Notes: a model not told the origin generated them from the letters alone. Counted from the stretch's first letter, positions 24,249-34,251 are shown. The stretch is DNA of 64,000 nt from an uncultured Ignavibacteriales bacterium (GCA_964630485.1 CAZVUZ010000002.1:689-64688), one strand, 5' to 3'. Numbers and translations are program-made.

Positions 24249-26255
24249 CTATCTACTCCGGCTCCAGGCATTGTAAAATGATATAAGTACCTCAAGGTCT
24301 TCGGGATATTTCTTGAGGACTTTATCCCACTCGACCATAGCCTTCTCGTAATCCTCGTTCTGGTATGCCTCCAGGCCGCTCTTGTACAATTCGTCGTACT
24401 CGGCATCGCGCTGGCGATCCGACACGGCATCAGGGGCGGTACGAAGCGAAATGAATCTCTCTTCGATGGCGGGACCAAGGACCTTGAAAGGATTCCCCTC
24501 GGCCATAGCCTGTTTGAGCGAATCTATCCAGATCCTGTTCAACTCATCCACGGCTTGAAGGTCGGCGCGCCTCTCTTCCGGTGTCCCGGTGTAGGCGTTT
24601 GCCGCAAGGGTGTCGAGTAACCGCAACCGGGTCTCGGCCTCGGCGTATGTGGGGTCAAGTTCGAGGACGTGTAAATAGGCCTCAATGGCCCTCGAATACA
24701 GGCCCTCTTTTTCAGCACTGCTGGCGACTACGAGACTGAAGACCTTGTCGAGGTCGCGGGAATCTTTGATATTCATTTCGAGCGTGTCGGCCTTCGACCG
24801 GTTTCGGGCACCGGGAGGAATATTCTGTAAGCGGGCCAGCGCCTGAGCGAATTTTCGTTCACCCGACAGGGCCTCCGCCTGCTCATAATTACTTTCGGCG
24901 AGACTGTCGCTGAGAGCCCGGCGCACACTCTGTTCTCGATTGCTCAATAGACCCGAATAGCGTTGATCGTTAGCCCCGGCCAGCCCCGCCCGGGCGGAGT
25001 CGAGAAGGGCGCTGACGGTGTCGACTTCGCGCTCACTCTCGGTAAAGGCCATCGCCCGCCAGGCATAGCCGAGAGCGCGGTCGAAGCGATCTTCCTCCGA
25101 ACCGGCCATCAAACGACCGGCCTCGGAAAGATATTCCTCGTAACTCGCGCGCCGATATCGCTGCAGGGTATCCCTCCTGGCCTGCCACAGGTCCTCGTCG
25201 GAAACCTCAGGCTGCACCAGGACAGTGTCGCGGACGGTGATCGTCTCAACGGGGCGTCTGGTTCTGGCTCGATCGAGCGGAACCGAGACCGACAGGTTAA
25301 TGCCGCCATTATTATCGTATTGGTCCGAGTCATAGAACCACGAATAGGAAAGGTCCACATCGATGCCTTTGTAAACAGCCCCCGCCCCGAGGGCGAAGGA
25401 ATTGTCGTTGGCATCGAGCAAGCGACTAAAGCCGGTCCTGACAGCCAGGCTGAGATCGGCATCTATGGTGCGAACCGCCTCGGCGCCGAGATGTACCCGA
25501 TCGGTGCTGTCGTCAACGAGTACGTATTCGCCGCTGAAGGTTCCGTTCCACATCTTCGCAAGATCGACCGACCTGGCGGAGATCCCAAAGGCCAGCGAGA
25601 TCGGAGTAATATCGTCCATGCCCCTCAGCTCGATATCGCGAACCGACGCCCCGACGGTAAACATTGTGTCAATCGGGTAGATCGCCGAGAGGTCGGCGCC
25701 AACGCCCCAGGTGGTATCGCGGCCAAACTCATTTCGGACTATCTTAAAACTGCCGCCGAACCAGACCTGGTCATACAAACCGCGGCGGTGTCCATAGGAG
25801 ACAATCATCTGTTGTCGGGAATCGTCGGTCGTATAGCGGGGGCCGTCGTTGATCCGCACCCGGTCCCGAACACGCACAGAGGTTGCCCCGAAGCCAATCA
25901 TTCCGCCGAAGACGCTGTCGGGAAGAACAGCAAAGACAGAATAGCCATCGGTGGATCCCGAGAGTTGCGAGAAACCGGCGGTGAGGCGGCTCGATTCGAT
26001 CACGCCCAACCCGGCCGGATTATAGAGTACCGTTGTCGGCTCATCGAAGAGCGCTACGAAAGATCCTCCCATGGCCAGGGAGCGACCTCCGAAACCGGTA
26101 TTAAACAGGGGCTCACAACCGGCACCGGTCCCGGCCGCGACCGGCACGGCCGCGAGAACCATGACGGCCAATACCGTCACCGACAGAATATGAAGTCGTG
26201 CGGAAGTTCGCCGCTTCGGATCTACAAAACGCATCTTTACTGACACCCTTCCCAT
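24249..26255 (-). CDS. Putative outer-membrane beta-barrel protein with a C-terminal helical/TPR region
   Basis: Signal peptide, then the N-terminal motif GGRSLAMGGSFVALFDEPTTVLYNPAGLG, which is typical of PorV/FadL-like barrels. Alternating beta-strand patterns run to about residue 330. The remainder is a helical, TPR-like half. Confidence 0.55.
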   Translation of the reverse strand: MGRVSVKMRFVDPKRRTSARLHILSVTVLAVMVLAAVPVAAGTGAGCEPLFNTGFGGRSLAMGGSFVALFDEPTTVLYNPAGLGVIESSRLTAGFSQLSGSTDGYSVFAVLPDSVFGGMIGFGATSVRVRDRVRINDGPRYTTDDSRQQMIVSYGHRRGLYDQVWFGGSFKIVRNEFGRDTTWGVGADLSAIYPIDTMFTVGASVRDIELRGMDDITPISLAFGISARSVDLAKMWNGTFSGEYVLVDDSTDRVHLGAEAVRTIDADLSLAVRTGFSRLLDANDNSFALGAGAVYKGIDVDLSYSWFYDSDQYDNNGGINLSVSVPLDRARTRRPVETITVRDTVLVQPEVSDEDLWQARRDTLQRYRRASYEEYLSEAGRLMAGSEEDRFDRALGYAWRAMAFTESEREVDTVSALLDSARAGLAGANDQRYSGLLSNREQSVRRALSDSLAESNYEQAEALSGERKFAQALARLQNIPPGARNRSKADTLEMNIKDSRDLDKVFSLVVASSAEKEGLYSRAIEAYLHVLELDPTYAEAETRLRLLDTLAANAYTGTPEERRADLQAVDELNRIWIDSLKQAMAEGNPFKVLGPAIEERFISLRTAPDAVSDRQRDAEYDELYKSGLEAYQNEDYEKAMVEWDKVLKKYPEDLEVLISFYNAWSRSR

Positions 26256-26449
26256 TATCTCCCGAATCCCATGGAGAAGCTACCCTCGTACGGACATTGC
26301 CTTGCCGTTAAATTTACGTCGGCCATGTCATGCATCCCCCGCATTCGACAGCCCAGCTGTGGCGCCCGGACACACTCGGGACAAAATAAGTCCCAAATAA
26401 CGACCGCCAGTCTGCATCAGAGGTTACTCTGAATTACGCGGAATATAGC

Positions 26450-26480
26450 ATAAAAGCCCGGAAATTCAAACGATTTCCGG
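26450..26480 (-). terminator. Rho-independent terminator after folD
   Basis: The minus strand has CCGGAAAT, a 7-nt loop, ATTTCCGG, followed by GCUUUUAUGCUAUAUU. It lies 63 nt after the folD stop. Confidence 0.6.
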
Positions 26481-26542
26481 TATCCGAGACCAATAGATTA
26501 GACCGAAAGCCGGTGTTATCAGGTTTCAAGAGTCGGGTATGC

Positions 26543-27436
26543 CTACCTGCCGGCGCTGCAGATCAGTTCGGCGGCCGTCACGGTATTGAACATGAGCATC
26601 GCGATTGTCATCGGTCCAACGCCGCCGGGAACGGGGGTAATGCCGGAGGCCTTCTCGAGGCAGCTGTCGAAGTCGACATCGCCGACGAGGCGATAACCTT
26701 TTTCCGTCGAGCTATCCTCGACTCGGTTGACGCCGACATCGATGACCACGGCGCCCGGTTTGATCATATCACCGGTGACGGTGCCGGGGTGCCCCACCGC
26801 CGCAATCACAATATCGGCTCGGCGCGTTATCTCGGCCAGATTCCTGGAGCGCGAATGCGCCACGGTCACAGTGGCATTGGCCATGGGCCCCTTCTGCACC
26901 AGAAGAGCGGCCACCGGCTTGCCAACGATGTTCGAGCGGCCGACAATTACCACCTCCCGCCCGGCGGGATCAATTTCATAGAATTCCAGAAGCTTGATGA
27001 TGCCGTAGGGCGTGCAAGGCAACAATCCCGGCCGGCCGAGAAGCATCAAACCGACATTGTGGGGGTGGAAACCGTCCACATCTTTGCGCGGATCTATGGC
27101 CAGGGTAACCTCGAGTTCCTCAATGTGCTTCGGCAATGGTGACTGAACCAGGATACCGTGGATCCGGGGATTATCGTTCAGGCCGGCGACGATTTTCATC
27201 AGATCCTGTTGAGAAATATCGGCGGGCTGCCGAATCACTTCGGAGTAGAGCTTCAGCTTCTCGCAGGCCCGGGCCTTACTGCGGACATAGGTCTCGGAGG
27301 CCGGGTCATCACCGACCAGCACCGCGGCCAAGCCGGGAACGGTCCCCTTTTCGGCCAGGGCCGCGATGCGCGATTTGAGTGACTTGCGTACTCTTTTCGC
27401 GACTTCTTTGCCGTCTATTATCTGCGCACTCATCAC
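26543..27436 (-). CDS. folD: Bifunctional methylenetetrahydrofolate dehydrogenase/cyclohydrolase
   Basis: 297 aa with a typical FolD sequence (IIDGK, PGLAVVLVGDDPAS..YV..K, GRSNIVGKP, TPVPGGVGPMT). Confidence 0.95.
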   Translation of the reverse strand: MMSAQIIDGKEVAKRVRKSLKSRIAALAEKGTVPGLAAVLVGDDPASETYVRSKARACEKLKLYSEVIRQPADISQQDLMKIVAGLNDNPRIHGILVQSPLPKHIEELEVTLAIDPRKDVDGFHPHNVGLMLLGRPGLLPCTPYGIIKLLEFYEIDPAGREVVIVGRSNIVGKPVAALLVQKGPMANATVTVAHSRSRNLAEITRRADIVIAAVGHPGTVTGDMIKPGAVVIDVGVNRVEDSSTEKGYRLVGDVDFDSCLEKASGITPVPGGVGPMTIAMLMFNTVTAAELICSAGR

Positions 27437-27439
27437 GGC

Positions 27440-28372
27440 TTACTCCTCCGATTTTTCGCCGGCGTCTTCCGCAGGGTCTTCGGCGGCATCTTCCGCGGGC
27501 TTTTCGGCGGCATCTTCCGAGGGTTTCTCGACTCCGACACCCTGGGGCATCCGACCGGTGATATCCTCCGGCTTGAAACTTTCGAGGTCGAAATCAAGAC
27601 GGAGCCTCTCGATGCTCTCGGCCGCACCGTTTTCAGGATTTATCCGGAGGATTGCGCCGGAAAGCTTGACGTCGTCGGTGGCCGTTGTAAATCGCTTCGG
27701 CAATCCGGTCAGGAACCTTCCCAGAGACGGACCTTTCTGCATCCCGATGATGGAGTCATGGGGACCGGTCATTCCGGCATCGGTGATGTAGGCCGTCCCC
27801 CGGGGGGTGACGTGGTTGTCAACGGTCTGGACATGGGTATGGGTCCCGACCACCGCAGAGACCTTCCCGTCGAGATACATAGCCAGAGCCTGCTTCTCCG
27901 AGGTGGCCTCGGCATGGAAGTCAACGATGATCAACTCGGTGTGTTTGCGCAGGGCGGAGACCTCGCGTTCACCTACCTGGAAAGGACAGTCGATGTCCTT
28001 CATATAGGTTCGTCCCTGAAGGTTCAGGACACCGATCTTGACATCACCGACGGTGTCGAGGTAGGCCCCGGTACCGGGTACTCCCCAGGGAAAGTTCGCC
28101 GGCCGAAGGAGTTTCGGCTTGTTCTCGAGGTATTCGAGAATCTCCACGCGGTCCCAGATGTGGTTTCCGGAGGTTTGCATATCGATGCCGTAGGTGAACA
28201 TCTTCAGCGACATTTCCGGGGTAACACCGAAACCGCCGGCGGCATTCTCGACATTGGTTATGCAGTAATCGACGTTGTATTTTTCGCGCAGGGGTTTAAT
28301 CATGTGAGCGCAGGCCTGGCGACCCGGCCGGCCGCAGACATCGGCCACATACAAAACTGTAAAAAGTGCCAT
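27440..28372 (-). CDS. ymdB: YmdB-family (TIGR00282) metallophosphoesterase with an acidic repeat tail
   Basis: The conserved N-terminus starts at ATG 28372 (MALFTVLYVADVCGRPGR). The track ORF extension to 28489 has no family support. Motifs include GNHIWD and DFHAEATSEK. The C-terminus is EKPSEDAAEKPAEDAAEDPAEDAGEKSEE. Confidence 0.85.
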   Translation of the reverse strand: MALFTVLYVADVCGRPGRQACAHMIKPLREKYNVDYCITNVENAAGGFGVTPEMSLKMFTYGIDMQTSGNHIWDRVEILEYLENKPKLLRPANFPWGVPGTGAYLDTVGDVKIGVLNLQGRTYMKDIDCPFQVGEREVSALRKHTELIIVDFHAEATSEKQALAMYLDGKVSAVVGTHTHVQTVDNHVTPRGTAYITDAGMTGPHDSIIGMQKGPSLGRFLTGLPKRFTTATDDVKLSGAILRINPENGAAESIERLRLDFDLESFKPEDITGRMPQGVGVEKPSEDAAEKPAEDAAEDPAEDAGEKSEE

Positions 28373-28453
28373 AACAAAACTTTCTAAGGTGGAAACAAAA
28401 CAAACAACCGCCACTATCCACCGATCGACAAGCGGCCGCATTCCTCCAATACA

Positions 28454-28481
28454 AAGGTGGAGTTTACTAAAACTCCACCTT
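28454..28481 (-). other. Perfect 10-bp stem-loop in the rny-ymdB intergenic region
   Basis: AAGGTGGAGT, an 8-nt loop, ACTCCACCTT. No U-tract follows on the minus strand, so it is not a canonical terminator. Confidence 0.3.
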
Positions 28482-28513
28482 GCAAGCAACCGTCCAGACG
28501 CAAAAACGTCCGG

Positions 28514-30079
28514 CTATTTTGCATATTCCGTTGATCGCATCTCCCGGATCACGGTTACTTTAATCTGTCCGGGGTACTGCATTTCGCTCTCGATCTTGGA
28601 AGCCAGATCGGCCGCCAGTATGGAACTGGCCAGGTCATCGAGGGTTTCGTTTTCAACGATAACCCGAATCTCGCGACCGGCCTGGATAGCGTAGGCTTTG
28701 GACACACCCTTGAAACTGTCAGCCAGCTCTTCGAGCTGCTGCAGGCGCTTGATATAGGCCTCGAGAGGTTCGCGGCGGGCGCCGGGACGGGCACCGGATA
28801 TTGAATCGGCAGCCTGAACCAACACCGGATACGGGCTCAGCATGGGCACGTCACCGTGGTGTGCCTCGACGGCATTGATCACGTATTCGTTCTCTTTGTA
28901 CCGACGCAGATAATCGGCGCCGATTTGCGTGTGCGTACCCTCGGTCTCGCGATCAATGGCCTTACCGACATCATGGAGCAAACCGCAACGTTTGGCCATG
29001 ACGGCATCGAGTTCAAGCTCGGCGGCCATCAGGCCGCACAGCAGGGCCACTTCCTTGGCGTGGGCCAGCACATTCTGGCCATAAGACGTACGGAAGTTGA
29101 GCTTGCCGAGCTGAAGGGTAACATCGGGATGCAAACCGTGTATACCCAGTTCGAAACAGGCTTGTTCGCCGGCCTCGCGCGTGATGACCTCCATCTCCTT
29201 GGCCGACTTATCCACGACCTCTTCGATGCGCGTGGGATGAATGCGACCATCGGTTATGAGCTTCTCAAGAGCCATGCGAGCGATCTCGCGACGGACGGGG
29301 TCATAACCGGACAGAATCACGGCCTCGGGCGTATCATCGACGATGACATCAATACCGGTGGCGGTTTCAAAGGACCGGATATTGCGGCCCTCGCGTCCGA
29401 TAATCCGCCCCTTCATCTCGTCGTTGGGAAGATTGACCACGGACACCGTCGACTCCACCGTGTGGTCCGCCGCACAACGATAAATGGCGGACAGGATGAT
29501 TTCTTTGGCCTCTTTTTCGGCCTCGCGCTCGGCCTTGTCCTTGATCTCCTTAACATGCACCGCCGCTTCGGCCCTGGCCGCGTTCATCATATTGTCCATG
29601 AGTTGCTTTTTGGCCTCTTCGGGAGTCATCTGGGCTATCTTCTGCAGTTTTTCGTTCTGGCTGCTGATGATCCCGTCAAGTTCGGTCTCACGTAGAGCAA
29701 TGCCTTTCTCGCGACCCTGCATCCCCTTTTCCCGCTTGACCAGGTCGGCGTCCCTCGAACCGAGCAACTCAAGCTTTTTCTGAAGCGAGGCTTCGGTCTC
29801 GACGAGGCTCTTTTCCCTCGATTCAAGGTCCCGCCGCTTGCTTTCCGCCTCACGCTCGAAATCACCTTTCAGTTTCAACCATTCTTCACGAGCTTCAAGA
29901 ACGGCTTCCTTTTTCTTTATTTTAGCTTCGTTCTGCGACTCGGCTACTATTCGCTCGCCTTCTTTCCTGGCATGTAACAACTTCTGCTCACTGGCCCGCA
30001 GCGCAAAATGGCGTGCCAGCAGAAAGGAGACTACTGCAACAATAACCGCGATCGCAACGAAGATTACTACATCAGTCAT
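28514..30079 (-). CDS. rny: Ribonuclease Y
   Basis: N-terminal TM, a coiled-coil, KH (GRIIGREGRNIR) and HD (LLHDVGKA) domains. Confidence 0.95.
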   Translation of the reverse strand: MTDVVIFVAIAVIVAVVSFLLARHFALRASEQKLLHARKEGERIVAESQNEAKIKKKEAVLEAREEWLKLKGDFEREAESKRRDLESREKSLVETEASLQKKLELLGSRDADLVKREKGMQGREKGIALRETELDGIISSQNEKLQKIAQMTPEEAKKQLMDNMMNAARAEAAVHVKEIKDKAEREAEKEAKEIILSAIYRCAADHTVESTVSVVNLPNDEMKGRIIGREGRNIRSFETATGIDVIVDDTPEAVILSGYDPVRREIARMALEKLITDGRIHPTRIEEVVDKSAKEMEVITREAGEQACFELGIHGLHPDVTLQLGKLNFRTSYGQNVLAHAKEVALLCGLMAAELELDAVMAKRCGLLHDVGKAIDRETEGTHTQIGADYLRRYKENEYVINAVEAHHGDVPMLSPYPVLVQAADSISGARPGARREPLEAYIKRLQQLEELADSFKGVSKAYAIQAGREIRVIVENETLDDLASSILAADLASKIESEMQYPGQIKVTVIREMRSTEYAK

Positions 30080-30196
30080 GAGAACCTCCCACTCGATCCG
30101 AGTTCAAATCGAGCGTGCAATCTATGTGAAAATGTCGTGGTTAGATATAACGACTTCGATGGCGGGGAAATTAGGATAAGAAAACGACGCCGGAAT

Positions 30197-30496
30197 TTAA
30201 TCGCGAACAGCTATGTCAATCATGGAACAGATGTTCTCAGCCCTGGTTTCAACTGAAGTTTCAAGGCTTTCGACCTCATCCTGCTTCTCGAGCAATTCCG
30301 AGGCGATTGACATGGCTGCCAGAATTGCGATGCGGTCCCGACTCGTCGTCCGACCGCTACTCGCGACTTCACGCATTCTGGCGTCTACGTACTCAGCGAC
30401 CTTTGTAATGTATGCGGCGTCAGAGGCTCCCGTAATCGGATACTCTTCACCATATATATTTACTACGGTCATATTCTCAACCTGAGGATCAGACAT
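30197..30496 (-). CDS. zapA: Cell division protein ZapA
   Basis: 99 aa. It shows V.IYGEEYPI.G...YI..VA.YVD..M and a ZapA-like pattern of LAAM.IA.EL. Confidence 0.75.
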   Translation of the reverse strand: MSDPQVENMTVVNIYGEEYPITGASDAAYITKVAEYVDARMREVASSGRTTSRDRIAILAAMSIASELLEKQDEVESLETSVETRAENICSMIDIAVRD

Positions 30497-30587
30497 TACT
30501 ATCCTAAATTACCTGTCTTGCCGTGCTACCTATCCAACTAATTAGCAATATCTTAACGAAAGTCGGCCAGTCGTGTCAAGAAAAAAC

Positions 30588-30830
30588 TCAGCCGCCGATG
30601 TGCTCAAGTTCGTCAAGGCGACCGAGCAGGCCCTCAAGACGCGTGCGAACGGTTTCGCTGCGGTCGGCATCATCAAGCTGCATCTTGTGAATCTGCTTCT
30701 CAAAGCCCTGGATTTGGCTGGTCAAGGACTGGTTGGTCATCTTCAATTCTCGGTTCTCGGCCTTGAGGGCCTCCAGAACCGTCACGAGCTTTTCGACTTT
30801 TTCTTCTATCTGTTCGAGCTTCTGCTCCAT
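30588..30830 (-). CDS. Small coiled-coil protein (ZapB-like)
   Basis: 80 aa with heptad-repeat character throughout (LEQIEEKVEKLVTVLEALKAENRELK). It sits just upstream of zapA. The assignment rests on context and composition only. Confidence 0.45.
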   Translation of the reverse strand: MEQKLEQIEEKVEKLVTVLEALKAENRELKMTNQSLTSQIQGFEKQIHKMQLDDADRSETVRTRLEGLLGRLDELEHIGG

Positions 30831-30831
30831 C

Positions 30832-33216
30832 TCAACTATCCCTTATGTCGGCCCCGAGCTTTTTTCTCAAGCTGGCAATGACTTTCTGTTGAACTTTCTC
30901 GACAACGTCACTGCTCAGATTCCCGGTGCGCGATCGATAATTTATCGACAAAGCAATTGATTTCTTGCCTTGTTCTATCTGCTTGCCGGTATAGAGATCG
31001 AAAATCTCTACCGACTCGGCCAAGTCACCGGCAGCCTTGTGGACAGTATCGAGGATGTCGCCGGCCGGGACCCCCGTATCGACCACTACCGCCAGATCAC
31101 GAGGTGCCGCCGGATAGACAGGTAGTGGCTCAAAGGCCGCCAGGTCACGCGAGACGGCCATCAAAGGCGCCAGGAGGAGCTCGGCCGTCAATACCTGCTG
31201 TTTGATGTCAACTTTGCGGCAAATGGTCTCGGTCACACTCCCGGCCCAACCCGCCAGGGTATCGTCACAATACAACTCGAACGAGAGCTGATCATCAAGA
31301 TAACTCACCGGAGCGGGCTTGAACTCTATCGACGGCCAGTGGAAATGCTCGGCCAATCTCGACAATGCGCCGATCAAATCATGCAGGTCAAACGGGCGCG
31401 GGCGATCACGCCAGGTACGCTCGGTATCACCACTCAGGGCCACCACAAGGCGGTCCTCTTCCCGCCAATCGTTCTTGTCATCGGGCGGGAAATAGGCCTT
31501 ACCAACTTCAAACAACCTCAAATCCATATTGCGGTGGGCAATGTTATGGCTGACAACCGTAAGTACGTTGTGCGTTAAACAATTGCGCATCACGTTCAGT
31601 TCCTCCGAAGCCGGGTTGGCCAGGCGGACCTGGGGCAAATCCGGATTCAGGAGTGTTGCGAGGCGGCCGTCGGCCAGACCGTGACCAACCATCTCATCGA
31701 ACCCAACGCCGGTCAGGATTGACCGTATCTGCCGACGGAAGGCATCGTCGGGCATGGTGCGCGTGTAAAGCGGGCCGATATTGGTTATGGCGTTCTCGAC
31801 GGCATCGAATCCCTTGATCCGAACGACTTCCTCAATCAGGTCTATTTCGCGTTCGATGTCGGGTCGGAAGGTCGGCACGGTAACTTCAAGTTTCTCCCCA
31901 TCCGCGACCTCGAAACCCAGGTCGAGGAATATCTGCTTCATATCGGCGGCGGCGAAATCGGTACCCAGAACGGCGTTGCAGCGTTCCGGGCGAAAAGTGA
32001 TCGTCAAAGGCTTGATCGCTTCGGGGTAGCAATCGACAATACCCTGTTGAACTTCTCCCCCGGCCAGTTCCGCCAGAAGATAGGCGGCCCGATCGACGGC
32101 GTATTCGATGCTGTTGGGATCGGCGCCCTTCTCGAAACGGGTTGATGATTCGCTGACGATGTCGAGTTTCTTTCGAGAGCGCCGGATCACGGAGGCATTG
32201 AAATAGGCCGCTTCCAGCAAAATGTTGCGGGTGGTGTCTTCAACTTCCGATTCAAGACCACCCATAACGCCGGCGGCGGCGACACCAACCTTGCCGTTGG
32301 TGATCATCAGGACGTCTTCATCAAGCTCATGCTCACGCCCGTCGAGGGTAGTGAATTTTTCTTTGTCCTTCGCGCGGCGAACGACGACCTCGCTGGAGCC
32401 GAAGCGATCCAGATCGAAAGCGTGCAGGGGCTGGCCGCACTCGAGCATAACCAGGTTGGTAATGTCGACAATATTGGAAATGGGGCGCATGCCGGCGGTA
32501 ATCAGTTTCTTTTTGACCCACCAGGGGGACGGTCCGACCTTGACATTCTTAATCACCCGGGCGGCATAGCGCGGGCATCCGACAGGATCATCGATTTTTA
32601 TGCTGATACAATCGGAAGCCGGAGCGGAACCTTCTCTCACTTCGAATTCCGGACGCTTCACCTTGACGCCGGTAAGAGCCGCCAGGTCGCGCGCAATACC
32701 GATGGCCGACATGGAGTCGGGCCGGTTCGGCGTCAACTCGAAGGTTAGTATGTAATCGTCGAAGTCGAGATATTCCTTCAGGGGCGTTCCGGGGACGGCA
32801 TCCTCCGGGAGCACCATAATGCCCTCATGATTATCGGAGAGGCCCAGTTCCCTTTCGGAACAAATCATACCGAAGGACTCGACACCACGGATTTTTGCTT
32901 TCTTGATAGTGAAATCACCGGCCAGTTTGGCGCCGATGGTTGCTACCGGGACTTTCTGCCCGACGGCCACGTTGGGCGCCCCGCAGATTATGACCAGTTT
33001 CTCGGCGCCCGTATTGACGAGGGTGCGCTGGATTTTGTCGGCGCCTTCAACGGCGCCCACTTCGAGCACCTCGCCCACGACAACGCAATCCATGTATCTG
33101 GCAATCGGCTCGATATATTCACAGGCGGTACCGCACAGGGTCAGGCGTTCGCCCATCTCATCGGGCGGCCATTCCAGGCCGGTAAGTTCCTGCAACCATT
33201 TATAGGAAATTTTCAT
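30832..33216 (-). CDS. pheT: Phenylalanine--tRNA ligase beta subunit
   Basis: 794 aa with the MKISYKWLQE N-terminus, the tRNA-binding, B3/4 and B5 regions, and the FDX-ACB C-terminus. Confidence 0.95.
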   Translation of the reverse strand: MKISYKWLQELTGLEWPPDEMGERLTLCGTACEYIEPIARYMDCVVVGEVLEVGAVEGADKIQRTLVNTGAEKLVIICGAPNVAVGQKVPVATIGAKLAGDFTIKKAKIRGVESFGMICSERELGLSDNHEGIMVLPEDAVPGTPLKEYLDFDDYILTFELTPNRPDSMSAIGIARDLAALTGVKVKRPEFEVREGSAPASDCISIKIDDPVGCPRYAARVIKNVKVGPSPWWVKKKLITAGMRPISNIVDITNLVMLECGQPLHAFDLDRFGSSEVVVRRAKDKEKFTTLDGREHELDEDVLMITNGKVGVAAAGVMGGLESEVEDTTRNILLEAAYFNASVIRRSRKKLDIVSESSTRFEKGADPNSIEYAVDRAAYLLAELAGGEVQQGIVDCYPEAIKPLTITFRPERCNAVLGTDFAAADMKQIFLDLGFEVADGEKLEVTVPTFRPDIEREIDLIEEVVRIKGFDAVENAITNIGPLYTRTMPDDAFRRQIRSILTGVGFDEMVGHGLADGRLATLLNPDLPQVRLANPASEELNVMRNCLTHNVLTVVSHNIAHRNMDLRLFEVGKAYFPPDDKNDWREEDRLVVALSGDTERTWRDRPRPFDLHDLIGALSRLAEHFHWPSIEFKPAPVSYLDDQLSFELYCDDTLAGWAGSVTETICRKVDIKQQVLTAELLLAPLMAVSRDLAAFEPLPVYPAAPRDLAVVVDTGVPAGDILDTVHKAAGDLAESVEIFDLYTGKQIEQGKKSIALSINYRSRTGNLSSDVVEKVQQKVIASLRKKLGADIRDS

Positions 33217-33218
33217 AG

Positions 33219-34232
33219 CTAGATGAACTGCCTCAGAAAGCGGACATCGTTGTTGAAAAAATGACGAATATCGTTGATACGGTATTTCAGCATCGCCGGT
33301 CGTTCGACGCCAATGCCGAAGGCATAGCCGGTATACTTCTCAGGATCATGCCCGGCCATGGCCAGGACATTGGGATCGATCATACCGCAACCGAGAATCT
33401 CCAGCCAGCCCGATTGCTTGCATACCGGACATCCTTTGCCGCGGCACAGGAAGCACTCGACATCAACCTCCGCCGAAGGCTCGGTGAACGGGAAATAGGA
33501 CGGCCGGAACTTGAGTTTCAGGTCCTCGCCGAAGAAGGCCTCGCAGAACGCCACCAGGGCGCCCTTGAGGTCGGCCATGGTAACGCCTTCGTCAATCAGG
33601 AAACCGTCAACCTGGTGAAAGGAGACGTGGGCCCTCGAGGATATAGCTTCGTTGCGAAAGCATTTACCGGGGGTAATGATCTTAATCGGTGGTTTTGAGC
33701 GCTCGAGTTCGCGGGCCTGCACCGGTGTCGTATGCGTGCGTAACACGCGCCCGCCCTCAACAAAGATAGTATCCTGCATATCCCGCGCGGGATGGTCGGG
33801 CGGGAAATTGAGAGCTTCGAAATTGTAATAATCGGTCTCGACATCCGGACCGCGGGCGATTTCGAATCCCATGCCGTAAAAGACATGGCAAATTTCGTCG
33901 ATGGTCTGATTGACAATGTGAGCGGCGCCCAGCCGTCCGGCGGTTCCGGGAAGGGTGGGGTCGATGGCTACCTGCTGTCGGGGACCAGTCAGCTTTTCGG
34001 CAGCGACCTTAAACTCCTGCTCCAGGGCCGCCCGACCTTTGTTGGCAGCGGCCCCGACTTGCTTGCGCTCGTCGGGAGCAATGTCCTTGAGACCTTTCAG
34101 AATGGCCGTAAAGCGACCTTTACGCCCGAGATAGGCAACCTGTAGCTCCTTAAGAGAAGCGAGCGAATCGACACCGCCGATCCGCTCCAAAGCTTCCTGT
34201 CTTAACCGGTCAACTTCCTCCAGAAGCGACAT
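33219..34232 (-). CDS. pheS: Phenylalanine--tRNA ligase alpha subunit
   Basis: Class II motifs (HPARDMQDTF, FRNE, GFAFGIGVERPAML). Confidence 0.95.
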   Translation of the reverse strand: MSLLEEVDRLRQEALERIGGVDSLASLKELQVAYLGRKGRFTAILKGLKDIAPDERKQVGAAANKGRAALEQEFKVAAEKLTGPRQQVAIDPTLPGTAGRLGAAHIVNQTIDEICHVFYGMGFEIARGPDVETDYYNFEALNFPPDHPARDMQDTIFVEGGRVLRTHTTPVQARELERSKPPIKIITPGKCFRNEAISSRAHVSFHQVDGFLIDEGVTMADLKGALVAFCEAFFGEDLKLKFRPSYFPFTEPSAEVDVECFLCRGKGCPVCKQSGWLEILGCGMIDPNVLAMAGHDPEKYTGYAFGIGVERPAMLKYRINDIRHFFNNDVRFLRQFI

Positions 34233-34251
34233 TAATGTGCCTCCTGTTGAT

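Noticed and set aside
24963-26243. 426-aa plus-strand ORF
   Set aside because: It is antisense to the beta-barrel/TPR gene. It has no start context or motifs and a shadow-ORF composition.
28373-28489. N-terminal extension of the YmdB ORF
   Set aside because: The conserved family N-terminus begins at MALFTVLYVADVCG (ATG 28372). The upstream 39 codons overlap the intergenic hairpin and have no family support.
30080-30196. 6S RNA (ssrS) downstream of zapA, as in E. coli
   Set aside because: Only 117 nt are available between the zapA stop and the rny start. That is too short for a 6S RNA of about 180 nt, and I saw no closing-stem or central-bubble pattern.
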